Below are positions 31,288-40,282 of a stretch of 64,000 bases of DNA, piece after piece. The first letter of the stretch is position 1, and the number at the start of each line of letters is the position of its first letter. The translations under genes were made by a program, and so were the position numbers. This DNA comes from Myxococcales bacterium. GTDB lineage: Bacteria > Myxococcota_A > Polyangia > Polyangiales > DASUME01. The notes beneath the pieces are model-generated. The model saw only the letters and a list, made by a program, of their open reading frames with translations, did no database searches and was not told the origin of the DNA. The stretch spans positions 3,968,001 through 4,032,000 of the forward strand of contig JASGJH010000001.1 of the NCBI GenBank assembly GCA_047601445.1. The letters run 5' to 3'.

Positions 31288-32124
31288 ATGGTTCCACGCT
31301 TGCGCCTGCCATCTCTCCGGTACGCCGCGCTGGCGGTCGTGTGGTCCAGCCTGCAAACTGGCTGCTTCCTGATCGGCTACGAGAGCCTCGGGGACGAGCC
31401 CAAGAGTCGCGAAGACTTCGCTCCTGACGGGCCCGACGCCGCGGACGGCACCGACGCAGCCCATGCCCACGAGGACGGCGGCTGGAAGGACTTCGACGCA
31501 GGGCTCGTGTTCGATGCCGGTCTGCCCGACGGCGGGTCCACGAATCCCTCGCTGGACGCGGGCTCGGATCTCGACGCGGGCTCGAACCTCGACGCCGCAA
31601 CGGACGCGGCCGCTGACCCCGACGACGCAGGCGGCGGCAGTCACAACGACGGCAGCGTGCCTCCCACCGACGGCGGCAGCACCTGGGTCCCCCCGGACGC
31701 CGGCGAATGGTGGAAGGGTCTCACGCCCACATTGGCCTGCACCAACCCCTACTCGTGCAACCAGGCCTGCACCTCGGCCACGTCGCCGTGCTCCTTCAAC
31801 TGCGGCTCCGTGTCCTGCGTGCCCAGCTGCCAGGCCAACACCAAGTGCGTCACGAACTGCACCGCGGGTTCCAGCTGCGTCACGGGCTGCGCCGCCGGCG
31901 CCACCTGCCTCAACGAGTGCCACTCGTTTACCTGCACCAGCACCTGCCAGGCGGGCTCCTACTGCGAGCTGGACTGCATGGACTCCACCCAGTGCACCCT
32001 GACCTGCGCCAAGGGCGCCCACTGCTTGGCCAAGTGCGATGGCCCGAGCTGCGAGTTGCCCTGCGAAGGCGCGCTGATGTCTTGCCCGGGCAACATCACC
32101 ACCTGCGACCGCGCGTGCCCGTAA
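31288..32124 (+). CDS. Lipoprotein with acidic DAG linker and periodic Cys-rich C-terminal domain
   Basis: Lipobox LQTGC; DAG repeats; CxxxC units every ~9-10 aa. Confidence 0.75.
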   Translation: MVPRLRLPSLRYAALAVVWSSLQTGCFLIGYESLGDEPKSREDFAPDGPDAADGTDAAHAHEDGGWKDFDAGLVFDAGLPDGGSTNPSLDAGSDLDAGSNLDAATDAAADPDDAGGGSHNDGSVPPTDGGSTWVPPDAGEWWKGLTPTLACTNPYSCNQACTSATSPCSFNCGSVSCVPSCQANTKCVTNCTAGSSCVTGCAAGATCLNECHSFTCTSTCQAGSYCELDCMDSTQCTLTCAKGAHCLAKCDGPSCELPCEGALMSCPGNITTCDRACP

Positions 32125-32207
32125 AACCTGACGACGTCCCGTAAACGTGCCCGTGCCCGTGGCCGCTGTGACTTCTGCGGTTCCTCGCTCCGCCAGGAAC
32201 GCAACCC

Positions 32208-33449
32208 TCAGTCGAGCGCGCGTACCGTGCCGGCCTGCGACAACCACTCGCTGACTCGCTGAGCTGGGATCGTCGACCCGAAATCGAAGTCCCCGCCCCC
32301 GAGGCGACGGATGGCGATCTGGCGTGAGGCCGCGTCGAAGATCACCAGGAAGGTGGCCGCTTCCAGGACAGGGCGCTCAAACGTCACGTCGCCTCCGCCC
32401 GTGATGTCCTGGAACGAATAGAGTGTGGTGGTGGCCTCGAGTGAGGTGGTGACGCCGCCGAGGATCTCGGCCACGTCGAGCTCGCCGCAGCCGCCCTTGT
32501 ACACGGGATCCGAGCCAGCCCCGCGGCAGTTGCACCCGTATTGCGAGCTGCGCAGCACCTGCGACGGCAAGATCCAGTACGCGGGTGTCTTGCTCCCGAT
32601 GGGCATCCTGAACTTGGTGGCGAAGATCTTGCTGCCCTGGCTATCGCCCTGAAACCCGTGCAGCGGCAGCCCCGAACTCCATCCACAATCGCTCGCCGCG
32701 TCCGAGCCCGAACACGCCTTACTCGACATCACGTGCACTTCCGTGCCCGCAGCGATGGATCCCGAGAACAACACGGGCTGCGCGGTCTCCTTGGTGCCAT
32801 CGGCGGTCACGTAGCTCTGCACGAAGCCGCCACACTCGTACCAGGACTTGTTGCCCGTGAACGCGAGCCCCGAGCTCTGGCAGCGATCCCAGTAGGCCGT
32901 ACGCTTCCAACTCGCGCTGTCCGGCGCATAGACCGCTACCTGGTAGAGCTCCACGGGTCCCGCGAACACCAGGCTCATTTCCTCGTTGAAGGGCGCGAGC
33001 GGTCCCTCCACGTGCTTGGGCTTGCGGTACGTATTCCTGCAAAGGCTGCCGTCCTTGTCGCCCACGCACCCGGTGGCCTTCGACCAACCCGTGACCACTT
33101 GCGCGTAGTCGCCGGCGGCGCCCACGTTGGTGTAGGTGAGCGCGGCCACGGCCTTTTTGCCCGTATTCGCCACGAACTTGTCCACGCCGAGTGGCCGGCT
33201 GCCCTGTTCACTCGCCTCGCACACCGGAAGCGCCGGGTCATCGCGGCCCGCGTCGTGCGCGACCGAATCAACGCCGCCAGCATCGTGCGCGCCCGGGTCC
33301 TGCATGCTCTCGGCGTCCGAAGCCGGATCGGACGGAGTGCCCGTGTCGTGACCTGCACCGACCCCCGCTTCGCCAGGCGACGCGGAGGGATCTCCCTGGC
33401 AGCCCACGAGCAAGGCGAACAGTGGCAGCACGACTCGTCGCGACGTCAT
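32208..33449 (-). CDS. Lipoprotein resembling fungal TOS1/YJL171C (DUF2403+DUF2401) putative beta-glucanase
   Basis: Lipobox LLVGC; YTNVG..Y, GPLAPFNEEMSLVFAGP..LYQVAVY, KIFATKFRMP, PAYWIL..RSSQYG.CNC, GCGELDVAE. Confidence 0.72.
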   Translation of the reverse strand: MTSRRVVLPLFALLVGCQGDPSASPGEAGVGAGHDTGTPSDPASDAESMQDPGAHDAGGVDSVAHDAGRDDPALPVCEASEQGSRPLGVDKFVANTGKKAVAALTYTNVGAAGDYAQVVTGWSKATGCVGDKDGSLCRNTYRKPKHVEGPLAPFNEEMSLVFAGPVELYQVAVYAPDSASWKRTAYWDRCQSSGLAFTGNKSWYECGGFVQSYVTADGTKETAQPVLFSGSIAAGTEVHVMSSKACSGSDAASDCGWSSGLPLHGFQGDSQGSKIFATKFRMPIGSKTPAYWILPSQVLRSSQYGCNCRGAGSDPVYKGGCGELDVAEILGGVTTSLEATTTLYSFQDITGGGDVTFERPVLEAATFLVIFDAASRQIAIRRLGGGDFDFGSTIPAQRVSEWLSQAGTVRALD

Positions 33450-33492
33450 CCGCCGGAGCTTACCTGAAACCGCGGGCGCGATGACACGCCCT

Positions 33493-35268
33493 TCAGCGCG
33501 GCCCCACTTCACCGGCCTGGATGCGCTGGAACAGCACCTGGTCGATTCGCACGTAGGTCTCACCGTCGAGGAAGAACAGGGGATCACTGACCTTGTTGGG
33601 GTCGAAGCCCTCGTCGCGATAGCCGAGCTTCTGATGCTTGAAGGTGCCCGTGATACGCATCTCCTGCTGCAGGCGCAGGAAGTACGGGCGCTGGTAGGCC
33701 GGCAGACGATCGACCACGTAGCGAGCGAACTCCCCGAGGTCGAGCTCCGGGTTCGCATTGATGCTGGCCATGCCGGCGCGGCCCTCGCTGCCAGGCACCG
33801 CCACGCCGTACACGTTGCTCTCGAGCACACCCTTGGCGCCGTTCAGCACCTCGGCCACCTCGTTGGTGGACACGTTCTCGCCCTTCCAGCGGAAGGTGTC
33901 GCCCACGCGGTCCGCGAAGGACACCCAGCCGTCCGCGTGACGCTCCAGCAGGTCGCCCGTGTTGAAGTAGGCGTCTCCCTGGCGGAACACGTTGCGCATG
34001 ACCTTCTTCTCGCTGGCGCTCCGATCCACGTAGCCGTCGAAGGCGATCAGCGGGCTGATGCGGCCGAGCAGAATGCCCTTCTGCCCCACGTCAACCTGTT
34101 CGCAGAAGCCCTGTGCGTTGCGGAACACCTCACCGCTCGCCTCGTCGCAGCGCGCCAGCACCTGCCCTGGATTCAGCCGCCCCAGCAGCCCCGGACGCCC
34201 CTCGAAGTTCACGATGGGCGCGTTGCTCTCAGTGGCCATGTAGAACTCGCGGAACAGGGGCATGTTGAAGCGACGCTGGAAGGCCTCCCAAACGTCCGTT
34301 CGCAAGCCGTTGCCCACCGCCACGCGCAAGCGGTGGCTGCGCTCGCGCGGATGCTTGGGCGCGTTGAGCAAGTAGCGACACAGCTCGCCGATGTACACGA
34401 AGATCGACGCGTCGTAGTTGTACACGTCCTCCCAGAACTGCGAGGCCGAGAAGCGGCGCCGCAGAGCGATGGCTGCACCGCTGCCCAGCGCCGAGCCGAA
34501 GCCGATGATGAACGCATTGGCGTGGTACAGCGGCAGCGTCACGTAGATCACGTCACGGGAGGTCGCTTCCATGCACGACGCGCCATAGAGATAGGCGCCG
34601 GACATGAAGCGCTTGTTGGTGACGATGGCAGCCTTGGGCAAGCCCGTGGTGCCGGACGTGTAGATGTAACACATCACATCCGAGGTATTCGGCAGCGTGA
34701 TGCGCGGAGGCCGCGCCCCGGACTGCTGCGCGACGGCCTCGTTGATGCGCTCGAAGTCGTGGGCAGGTTCCGCGCCCTTGTCGACCTGCATCCAAAGCCG
34801 GCCCTGCTGCGCGGCCAACGCGGAGCGCACGTCTTGCATCGCCTCCGCGTGCTCGGAACCGAACAGCACGGCCTTGGCCTTGCACACCGTGATCGCGTGC
34901 GTGAGCGCGATGCCCGAAGCATTCGTGTTGATCAGCGAGGCCACCGCGCACAGACGATTGAGCCCGAGCGCCGCGAACAGAAACTCCGGTCGGTTGTCCA
35001 TGAAGAGGGCGACAACGTCCTTGGAACCGATGCCTCTGCTCTGAAAGAAGCGCGCATACTGGTTCACGCGCAGGTCCAGATCGCGCCAGGTGTAGCGCTC
35101 GTCCAGGTACGCGAGCGCGAGGCCGTTGGGGTTCTCCGCCACGCGCTCGTCCAACAGGCGCGACGCGCTCCAGGGGCGGTTCGAGACGAAGCGAGGCAGA
35201 CGCCTGCCCGTGCGTGAAAGGGACCACAGCTCGAATGCCGTCGACTTGGCTTGCTCTAGCCTGCTCAT
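33493..35268 (-). CDS. Long-chain acyl-CoA synthetase, FATP/very-long-chain family
   Basis: YIYTSGTTGLPKAA, YIGELCRYL, DRVGDTFRWKGENVST, GRAGMA. Confidence 0.93.
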   Translation of the reverse strand: MSRLEQAKSTAFELWSLSRTGRRLPRFVSNRPWSASRLLDERVAENPNGLALAYLDERYTWRDLDLRVNQYARFFQSRGIGSKDVVALFMDNRPEFLFAALGLNRLCAVASLINTNASGIALTHAITVCKAKAVLFGSEHAEAMQDVRSALAAQQGRLWMQVDKGAEPAHDFERINEAVAQQSGARPPRITLPNTSDVMCYIYTSGTTGLPKAAIVTNKRFMSGAYLYGASCMEATSRDVIYVTLPLYHANAFIIGFGSALGSGAAIALRRRFSASQFWEDVYNYDASIFVYIGELCRYLLNAPKHPRERSHRLRVAVGNGLRTDVWEAFQRRFNMPLFREFYMATESNAPIVNFEGRPGLLGRLNPGQVLARCDEASGEVFRNAQGFCEQVDVGQKGILLGRISPLIAFDGYVDRSASEKKVMRNVFRQGDAYFNTGDLLERHADGWVSFADRVGDTFRWKGENVSTNEVAEVLNGAKGVLESNVYGVAVPGSEGRAGMASINANPELDLGEFARYVVDRLPAYQRPYFLRLQQEMRITGTFKHQKLGYRDEGFDPNKVSDPLFFLDGETYVRIDQVLFQRIQAGEVGPR

Positions 35269-35396
35269 TTTGACGATGTCTCCTTGGAAACCCCGGGCCA
35301 GCCCGTAGAGCCCATGCAAAAGCGACCGAGGTGGACCTTCCCCACCCCGGCCAAAAATCAGTTAACGCACCGAAATCACTTCGATTACACAAAATG

Positions 35397-35447
35397 TGAT
35401 GTCGGACGTCGTCAGTTTCTTTTACAATCTGACGACAGGTGTCGTCA
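35397..35447. promoter_or_regulatory. Two TetR-type operators (TGACGAC-N4-GTCGTCA perfect at 35430-35447; imperfect at 35397-35414) around a TACAAT -10
   Basis: Palindromes in the divergent region between acyl-CoA synthetase and TetR. Confidence 0.7.
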
Positions 35448-35448
35448 A

Positions 35449-36108
35449 TTGCCAATCAGTGACCGCGAAGGCCGCGAACGCGTCTACGGGGGCCAGACCC
35501 AGGCCGAGCGCCAGGCCAAACGCCAACGCCAGTTCTTGGAAGCCGGGCTTCAGGTCTTCGGCACGGCCGGCTACCGAGAGGCCACGGTGCGCCAGCTCTG
35601 TAGACAGGCGCAGCTCACGGACCGCTACTTCTACGAGGCCTTCGGCAGCACCGAGGATCTTCTGGTGGCGGTCTACCTCGAGTGCATTCGAGGGCTGCGC
35701 GACCGCGTGATCCGGCGCGTGCTCGAGGCCGACGCCAAACACCCGGAGCAGCTCGTGCGCGGCGCCCTCGATGGCTTCTTCGAGGCTGTGCAGGACGCAA
35801 GGCTCGCGCGCGTGGTCTGGCTCGAGGTGCGCGGCGTGAGCCCGCGCGTGGACCAGATCTATACGGGCAGCCAGCGCGAGTTCGCCAAGCTCCTGATCCA
35901 ACTCGCCCAGCGCATGCATCCGCAGCTCGACGAGACCAACCCCTTGCACCGCATGACCACCATCGGCCTGATCGGCGCCCTGAGCGAGTCGGCGCGTCAG
36001 TGGATGCTCCGCGAGTACCACGAGCCGCGCGAGCTGATGGTAGAAGCAGCAGCCACCATCCTGCTCGCGGTGAGCGATGGCTGGGCCCGCAAAGGCGGCG
36101 ACATGTAG
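35449..36108 (+). CDS. TetR/AcrR family transcriptional regulator
   Basis: YGGQTQAERQAKR..GYREATVRQLCRQAQLTDRYFYEAF; TTG start inferred. Confidence 0.9.
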   Translation: MPISDREGRERVYGGQTQAERQAKRQRQFLEAGLQVFGTAGYREATVRQLCRQAQLTDRYFYEAFGSTEDLLVAVYLECIRGLRDRVIRRVLEADAKHPEQLVRGALDGFFEAVQDARLARVVWLEVRGVSPRVDQIYTGSQREFAKLLIQLAQRMHPQLDETNPLHRMTTIGLIGALSESARQWMLREYHEPRELMVEAAATILLAVSDGWARKGGDM

Positions 36109-36168
36109 CCTCGGCGTCTGCTTTTCGGCGCCAGTGCCGCCAGCGCTGCCGGTGGTGGATCTTCCCCG

Positions 36169-36360
36169 ATGGGCAACTCACTCGAAGGACGCGTAGCGCA
36201 GCGCACGCTCGACGTGAACCTGACGGCAGGGCGCGTGGGCCGCCCGGAAGACGTGGCCGAGCTCGCCCTGTATCTAGCCTCGGATCAAGCCGAATTCATG
36301 ACCGGACAAGTGTTGATCCTCGACGGCGGCATGACGCGCAAGATGGTCTACGCCGAGTAG
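36169..36360 (+). pseudogene. C-terminal remnant of an SDR oxidoreductase
   Basis: [32 protein letters not shown] with no N-terminal Rossmann or catalytic region. Confidence 0.7.
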
Positions 36361-36411
36361 CCTCGAGTTCGGGCTTCACCTTTCCCCTGCGGCGACATAG
36401 AGTCGCGCCTC

Positions 36412-37716
36412 GTGGCTGCTCTCCGGCACTGGTGTTTGATCGCGACCGTAGGCAGCGCGGGCGGTCTCCTCGGCTGCATCGACACGGTGAGCCTCGGCAG
36501 CGAGTGTCTGCCCTTGATGCCTGGCTGCACGCGCGACGAACAGCCGGGAGAAGTTTTCGACGCCGGCCCTGGTCAGCCTCGCACCGACGCGGGCATGCCG
36601 CCGCAACAGGACGCGGGCTGGCCGTGCATCGCGCCGAGCCTCGGTGGTTCGGACTGTTCCTGCGTGGCGCAGTTGCCCGCCCCGAACGCGCAGTTTTCGT
36701 TCGATGAGAACGCGGGGCTGATGGTCCATGACACGGTGGGCGACGGCCCCTCGGCGAGCCTGGAGAATTTCGTGATGTCCCCGTGGGGCGCGGGACGCCT
36801 GGCGAGCGCCCTGGTGCTCGATGGCATGGACGATGGCGTGGAAGTCGGGAGCCTGTCACGACCCGCGCGCACGCTCGCGATGTGGATCAAACCCACGAGC
36901 ACCTATGTGGTCACCACCGAGTCCTCGGTCCTCATGGCCAGTGACCACGGCCCCATCGACGACTGGACCAATCCCGAGAAGGCCTACGCCGACGACGACG
37001 ACTCGGCCTGGGCGGCCGGTTTGTTGAACGTGTCCCGCCAGCAGCACTGGGGCGGCTTTCATCTGGATCGCGAGGTGCCCGCGGGCGCGCAAATCGTGGG
37101 CATCGACGTGTTCGTCGACACCGCCAGCTTAGGCCTCTTGGGATACTTCAGCGTGGAGCTGTCCTGGGACGGCGGCCTCTCTCACACCGATGCGAAGTAC
37201 GGCTGGGCGCAGCTGGTGGCAGGGTCGGGCCCCCAGCACGCCGGCGGCGTCGACAAGCTGTGGGGCCGCAACTGGAGCTCCTCCGAGCTCAGCGACACGA
37301 ACTTCCGTGTGCGCGCGTCCTTCGGCGGCATCGTCAACACCATGTTCGTCGACTACCTCGCGGTGCAGGTCCACTACGCACCCTTCCCAGAACCGCGAGA
37401 GATCTTGGGGCTCGCCAATCCCGCTCGGCTCACCTTCGCCAACCAGGGCCTAGCGCAGGTCAGCACGCACGAGCTGCCCGGCGCCACGGCCTTCGTGAAC
37501 GGTGTGGCAGGCGGCACCCTGACGCGGGACTGGAACCACGTGGCGCTGGTCTCGGCGGAGCCTCTGCCGACGGAAAGACTGCAGCTCGGGCACGAGAGCG
37601 AAGCGCGCACGGGGTTCGCCTTCCAGGGCAGCCTCGACGAAGCGGTCCTGTTCGAAGACGCGCTGGCGCCGGCGCAGATCGAGGCCTTGGCGCGGGCTCC
37701 GGAGTGCCTGCCCTGA
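36412..37716 (+). CDS. LamG-like jellyroll lipoprotein with inserted domain
   Basis: Lipobox LLGC; FSFDENAG, ALVLDG, TLAMWIKP ... WNHVALV, FQGSLDEAVLF. Confidence 0.7.
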   Translation: MAALRHWCLIATVGSAGGLLGCIDTVSLGSECLPLMPGCTRDEQPGEVFDAGPGQPRTDAGMPPQQDAGWPCIAPSLGGSDCSCVAQLPAPNAQFSFDENAGLMVHDTVGDGPSASLENFVMSPWGAGRLASALVLDGMDDGVEVGSLSRPARTLAMWIKPTSTYVVTTESSVLMASDHGPIDDWTNPEKAYADDDDSAWAAGLLNVSRQQHWGGFHLDREVPAGAQIVGIDVFVDTASLGLLGYFSVELSWDGGLSHTDAKYGWAQLVAGSGPQHAGGVDKLWGRNWSSSELSDTNFRVRASFGGIVNTMFVDYLAVQVHYAPFPEPREILGLANPARLTFANQGLAQVSTHELPGATAFVNGVAGGTLTRDWNHVALVSAEPLPTERLQLGHESEARTGFAFQGSLDEAVLFEDALAPAQIEALARAPECLP

Positions 37717-37739
37717 AGCGCGCAGCCCCCCAAAGAGCA

Positions 37740-37763
37740 AACTAGTTGACTAGGAAACTAGTT
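37740..37763 (+). promoter_or_regulatory. Putative MarR operator (AACTAGTT-gactagga-AACTAGTT)
   Basis: Palindromic AT-rich site upstream of the DUF1398-MarR operon. Confidence 0.6.
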
Positions 37764-37843
37764 GCCTTACTCTGAGAACGCGGAGCCGCAGCAGGGATCG
37801 TCCTGAGTGCAGTTCCGGTGCCGATTCGCAGGAGCACAGCGAC

Positions 37844-38257
37844 ATGGACGCACAACGCATCGCCATCGCGGAGGAGTGCCTCGCGGCCTCCTACGCCGCG
37901 ACCAAGGACTTCCCCAGCATCGTGCGCTCGTTGATCGGTGCAGGCTTCGAGGGCTACACGGTGGACTTCAGGCGCGGCACGGTCACCTACTACTTGCCCA
38001 GCGGCGACAGCGTAGAGCTCGCCTCGCCTCGGGGCTCGAGCCACGCCGAAAGCAAGGTCGCCGCGGAGTTCAAGGCCGGCGTCGTCGAAGGAGCCGTGCG
38101 CGAGGCCCAGACCAACGCTCCCGGCTACACGTACCAGGGCTTTTGCGAGAAGGTGAAGGCCGCAGGCTGTGCCGGTTACCTGGTGTCGTTTCTCGGCAAG
38201 CGCGTGGTGTACTTCGGTCGCAGCGCCGAGACCCACGTCGAGCACTTTCCCCAGTGA
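37844..38257 (+). CDS. DUF1398 family protein
   Basis: FPSIVRSL..GFEGYTVDF..TYY; Y..FCEKV..AGC..Y.VSF.G.RVVY. Confidence 0.8.
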   Translation: MDAQRIAIAEECLAASYAATKDFPSIVRSLIGAGFEGYTVDFRRGTVTYYLPSGDSVELASPRGSSHAESKVAAEFKAGVVEGAVREAQTNAPGYTYQGFCEKVKAAGCAGYLVSFLGKRVVYFGRSAETHVEHFPQ

Positions 38258-38745
38258 AGCGCCCGGGTCGCAAGGGCGAAACCACACCAGCCGACCACAC
38301 CGCGAGCGACCTCGAAGCGCACCTCGGCTATTGGCTTCGCTTCGTGTCGAACCACGTGTCCCATGGCTTCAAGGCCAAGGTCGAGGCCCACGGCGTCACG
38401 GTGGCCGAGTGGGTGGTGCTGCGTGCGCTGCTCGACGTGGAAGGCATCACACCGAGCGAGTTGGCCGACAAAATCGGCCTTACACGCGGGGCCATCTCCA
38501 AGCTCGTCGATCGCCTGTCCGAAAAACGTTTGGTGCTTTGTCGGGCCAACAAGGCAGACCGGCGCTCCCAAATCGTGTCGCTCGCCGAAGCGGGCCGGAA
38601 GCTCGTGCCGACCCTCGCGAAGCTGGCGGACGAGAACGACGCCGAGATGTTCGGACACCTCGACGACCACGACCGCTTCATGCTGCTCTCACTGCTCAAG
38701 CGAATGGTCGAGCACCACGAGCTCAAGGCCGTGCCGGTGGACTAA
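38254..38745 (+). CDS. MarR family transcriptional regulator
   Basis: GTGA overlap; HLGYWLRFVSN, ELADKIGLTRGAISKLVDRL, DRRSQIVSL..GR. Confidence 0.92.
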   Translation: MKRPGRKGETTPADHTASDLEAHLGYWLRFVSNHVSHGFKAKVEAHGVTVAEWVVLRALLDVEGITPSELADKIGLTRGAISKLVDRLSEKRLVLCRANKADRRSQIVSLAEAGRKLVPTLAKLADENDAEMFGHLDDHDRFMLLSLLKRMVEHHELKAVPVD

Positions 38746-38902
38746 CGCCCACAGGAATGAGGGACAACCCAGCGCATTCGGGGTGAATCACTCCCCTTCG
38801 CGATTGACTAGTTCCGCCTTCCGGCCCCAAGTCAGAATCTGTTCTACTGGCACAGCGATCGGCGGCCGCCGGACCAGCTGGGCGCGGACGGACCCGACCA
38901 CG

Positions 38903-40282
38903 ATGGAATCCCCCCAGCCGCCAGAGTGCACGGAGCGACGCGAGGGCGCATCGGAAGAGTCACCTGCGCTCGGCCCGAGCCCAGAGCAGCGGCCCGCGAC
39001 CGCGTTCGAACAAGGCAGCTGGTACTTCGAGCGAAGGCTCACACAAACCGGCCCCTGCACACTTGCCACACTGCAGGAGCTCGCCGGCCTGGGCGCGCTG
39101 TCACCGGACGATCGGGTGCGCGAGGGCAGCGAGGGCGAGTGGATGCGGGCCGACTCTGTGAGCGAACTCGAGGGGCGGTTCGTGCGCTCGCAGCCCCCCG
39201 CGGCGTCCCGAGCATGGCACGCCCAGGTGGGTCCCACGTGGGTGGCGCTCACGGGCGCGCTGGTGCTGATGGTCTTCGAGCTGGTGCCCACGCCTACCAA
39301 TGGGCTCCTGCGCACGCGCCTGCAAGTCTTCGGTAGCTTCGGTTGCCTGCTGGCCGGCCTGTGGGCGCTGCCGTGGCTGTGGCGCCGACGGCGACGCCAT
39401 CTCGCGGAGACCTGTCTGCGCATCGCGGCGCTCGGCCTGGCCTTCCTGGTGCTCGTGCTCTGCGCCTCCTACGTCTCCAACGGTCGCGATCAGCTCAAGG
39501 TCGCGGTGGGTTCCGATCCCTTTGGCGACTACCAGCTCGCACTCCTGCCGGGAGGACGTGAGCTCGAGCTCAGCGGGTCCTTCGGCGCCGGCATCGCTGC
39601 CGCGGTGATCGAGTTGCTCGATCAGCACCCCGAGGTGCGCGTGCTTCACCTCAACAGTCCAGGTGGCTGGGTCGCCGAAGGCGTGCAGCTGAGCGAAGCC
39701 ATCCGTACGCGCGGCCTGGACACGTACTCCGCTACCGGCTGCTACAGCGCATGCGTATTGGCGTTCGGAGCGGGCAAGCACCGCAGCATTCAGCGCGAGG
39801 CCCGCCTGGGACTCCACTCGGCCTGGGCAACCCACGCCGACCCGGTGTACTCGCTCAACGCCAACGAGAACATGAAGCGCGAGCTGCTGAAGCTGGGGGC
39901 CTCCATCAAGCTGGTGGATCAAGCCATCAGCATCTCCCACGAGAACATGTGGTTCCCATTGAACCCCTACGCCATCTCGGAGGGGCTTCTCGACGCCGAA
40001 GTCGACGGCCTCGGATTCGCGACCTCCGGCGAAAGCAACGAGCGCATCGCCCAGCGCATCCAGGGCATCCAGGCCAAGCTCGCCTCCCTGAAGATCGACG
40101 AGCGCTCGGCGGAGCAGAAGCAGCGCCTCCATCGCTCCCTACTGCTCGCCTATGCGCGCGGTGCCCTGCCCTGGGAGATCGACGCGCTACTCGCCGACTA
40201 CGCGCTTGGCTCGCCGGCCGAGCGGCATCCCGTGGTAGTCCCCGCATCGACGACCGACGTGCTCGAGGAGAACGAACCATGA
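38903..40282 (+). CDS. GYF_2 (DUF4339) domain membrane protein with ClpP/crotonase-like periplasmic domain
   Basis: WY..QTGP..L..L..D.VR..W; 3 TM; LHLNSPGG, CYSAC, LGLHS. Confidence 0.7.
   Translation: MESPQPPECTERREGASEESPALGPSPEQRPATAFEQGSWYFERRLTQTGPCTLATLQELAGLGALSPDDRVREGSEGEWMRADSVSELEGRFVRSQPPAASRAWHAQVGPTWVALTGALVLMVFELVPTPTNGLLRTRLQVFGSFGCLLAGLWALPWLWRRRRRHLAETCLRIAALGLAFLVLVLCASYVSNGRDQLKVAVGSDPFGDYQLALLPGGRELELSGSFGAGIAAAVIELLDQHPEVRVLHLNSPGGWVAEGVQLSEAIRTRGLDTYSATGCYSACVLAFGAGKHRSIQREARLGLHSAWATHADPVYSLNANENMKRELLKLGASIKLVDQAISISHENMWFPLNPYAISEGLLDAEVDGLGFATSGESNERIAQRIQGIQAKLASLKIDERSAEQKQRLHRSLLLAYARGALPWEIDALLADYALGSPAERHPVVVPASTTDVLEENEP

Noticed and set aside
31906..31923. 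CLNECH as an atypical haem-binding motif
   Set aside because: It falls in register with the CxxxC ladder, so the His is probably incidental
33481..35217. 578-aa plus-strand ORF
   Set aside because: Antisense shadow of the acyl-CoA synthetase
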